Positions 62,117 through 64,000 of a DNA stretch of 64,000 nt are shown here, piece after piece. How positions within the stretch are numbered: the stretch's first letter is position 1; each line of letters begins with the position of its first letter. Where the stretch lies: contig CM059432.1 in assembly GCA_030390025.1 (NCBI GenBank), forward strand, positions 119,786,001 to 119,850,000, in the 5' to 3' direction. This stretch comes from Squalus acanthias. Its lineage: Eukaryota. The notes under the pieces are model-generated. The model was not told the origin of the DNA. It searched no databases and saw only the letters and a program-made list of their open reading frames with translations. A program made the translations under genes and the position numbers.

Positions 62117-64000
62117 ACATAGAAACATAGAAACATAGAAGATAGGAGCAGGAGTAGGCCATTCGGCCCCTCGAGCCTGTTCCGCCATTTAATGAGATCA
62201 TGGCTGATCATCCAAATTCAGTACCCTGTCCCTGCTTTCTCCCCATATCCCTTGATCCCTTTAGCCTTAAGAAATATATCTAACTCCTTCTTGAATATAT
62301 TTAATGAGTTGGCCTCAACTGCCTTCTGTGGTAGAGAATTCCACAGGTTCACCAATCTCTGGGTGAAGAAATTCCTCCTCATCTCAGTCCTAAATGGCTT
62401 ACCCCTTATCCTTAGACTGTGACCCCTGGTTCTGGACTCCCCGGCCATCGGTAACATCCTTCCTGCATCTAGTCTGTCTAGTCCTGTTAGAATTTTATAA
62501 GTTTCAATGAGATCCCCTCTCATTCTTCTAAACTCTAGCGAATATAAGCCTAATCGACCCAATCTCTCTTCATACGTCATTCCTGCCATCCCAGGTATCA
62601 GTCTGGTGAATCTTCGCTGCACTCCCTCCATGGCAAGAACATCCTTCCTCAGATAAGGCGACCAAAACTGCACACAATACTCAAGGCGTGGTCTCACCAA
62701 GGCCCTGTACAACTGCAGCAAGACATCCTTGCTCCTGTACTCGAATCCTCTCGCTATGAAGGCCAACATACCATTTGCCTTCTTAACCGCCTGCTGCACC
62801 TGCATGCTTACCTTCAGCAACTGGTGCACAAGGACACCCAGGTCTTGTTGCACTTCCCCTTTTCCCAATCTATTGCCGTTCAGATAATAATTTGCCTTCC
62901 TGTTTTTGCCACCAAAGTGGATAACCTCGCATTTATGCACATTATACTGCATCTGCCATGCATCTGCCCAATCACCCAACTTGCCCAAATCATACTGGAG
63001 TTTCTCTGCATCCTCCTTACAGCACACACGCCTGCCCAGCTTTGTGTTGTCTGCAAACTTGGAGATTATTACATCTAGTTCCCTCGTCTAGATCATTAAT
63101 ATATATTGTGTATAGCTGGGGTCCTAGCACCGATCCCTGCGGTACCAACTAGTCACTGCCTGCCACTCGGAAAAAGACCTGTTTATTCTAACTCTTTGCT
63201 TCCTGTCTGCCAATCAGTTCTCTATTCAAATCAACACCTTATCCCCTATCCTATGTGCTTTAACTTTGCACGTTAATCTCTTATTCGGGACCTTATCGAA
63301 AGCCTTCTGAAAGTCCAAATACACCACATCCACTGGTTCTCCCTTATCTATTCTATCAGTTACATCCTCAAAAAATTCCAGTAGATTAGTCAAGCATGAT
63401 TTACCTTTTGTAAATCTATATTGACTTTGTCCGATCCTGTCACTGTTTTCCAAGTGCTCTGCTATTACATCTTTTATAATGGACTCTAGCATTTTCCCCA
63501 CTATCGATGTCAGGCTTACCGGTCTATAATTCCCCGTTTTCTCTCTACCACCTTTTTTAAATAGTGGGGTTACATTAGCTACCCTCCAATCAATGGGAAC
63601 TGTTCCAGAGTCTATAGAATTTTGGAAGATGACCAGCAATGCATCTACTATTTCTAGGGCCACTTCCTTAAGTACTCTAGGATGTAGATTATCAGGCCCT
63701 GGGGATTTATCGGCTTTCAATCCCGTCAATTTCCCTAACACCATTTCCCTACAAATACTGATTTCATTCAATTCCTCCCTCTCATTCGACCCTATGTTCC
63801 CTGACATCTCTGGGAGGTTATTTGTGTCCTCCTTTGTGAAGACAGAGCCAATGTATGTATTTAATTGATCTGCCATTTCTTTGTTCCCCATTATAAATTC
63901 TCTGATTCTGACTGCAAGGGAGCCTATGCTTGACTTCACCAATCTTTTTCTCTTCACATATCTATAGAAGCTTTTACAGTCAGTTTTTATGTTCCCTGCA
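62117..64000 (-). mobile_element. Young CR1 LINE ORF2 (RT), running off the right edge
   Basis: KSPGPDNLHPRVLKE, YLDFQKAFDKVP, LEYCVQFWSPY; (TTTCTATG)n tail. Confidence 0.93.

Overview
Eukaryotic, almost entirely repeat-derived DNA. The repeat set (CR1/HER1-type LINEs, V-SINEs with a CR1 tail, DeuSINE-like SINEs, L2, RTE, Penelope-like elements, Harbinger transposons) points to a cartilaginous fish; this is an inference. No host gene could be identified, only a few weak exon candidates. Main results: (1) an endogenous foamy-virus-like (Spumaretrovirinae-like) provirus remnant on the minus strand with a reconstructable integrase, PPT and 3' LTR, plus two ~1.45-kb solo LTRs of the same family with 4-bp TSDs and a foamy-like TATA / R-region splice donor / polyA layout. 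(2) An intact 971-codon Penelope-like element (RT + GIY-YIG) with near-identical pseudo-LTRs, each carrying a minimal hammerhead ribozyme. (3) A ~930-bp near-perfect palindrome made by a second Penelope family, with hammerheads pointing outward in both arms. (4) A CR1 whose 5' end is a strictly alternating 73/83-bp higher-order tandem array. (5) Four two-gene-type Harbinger copies and several MITEs forming deeply nested insertion stacks. Family names come from recalled motifs, not from database searches.
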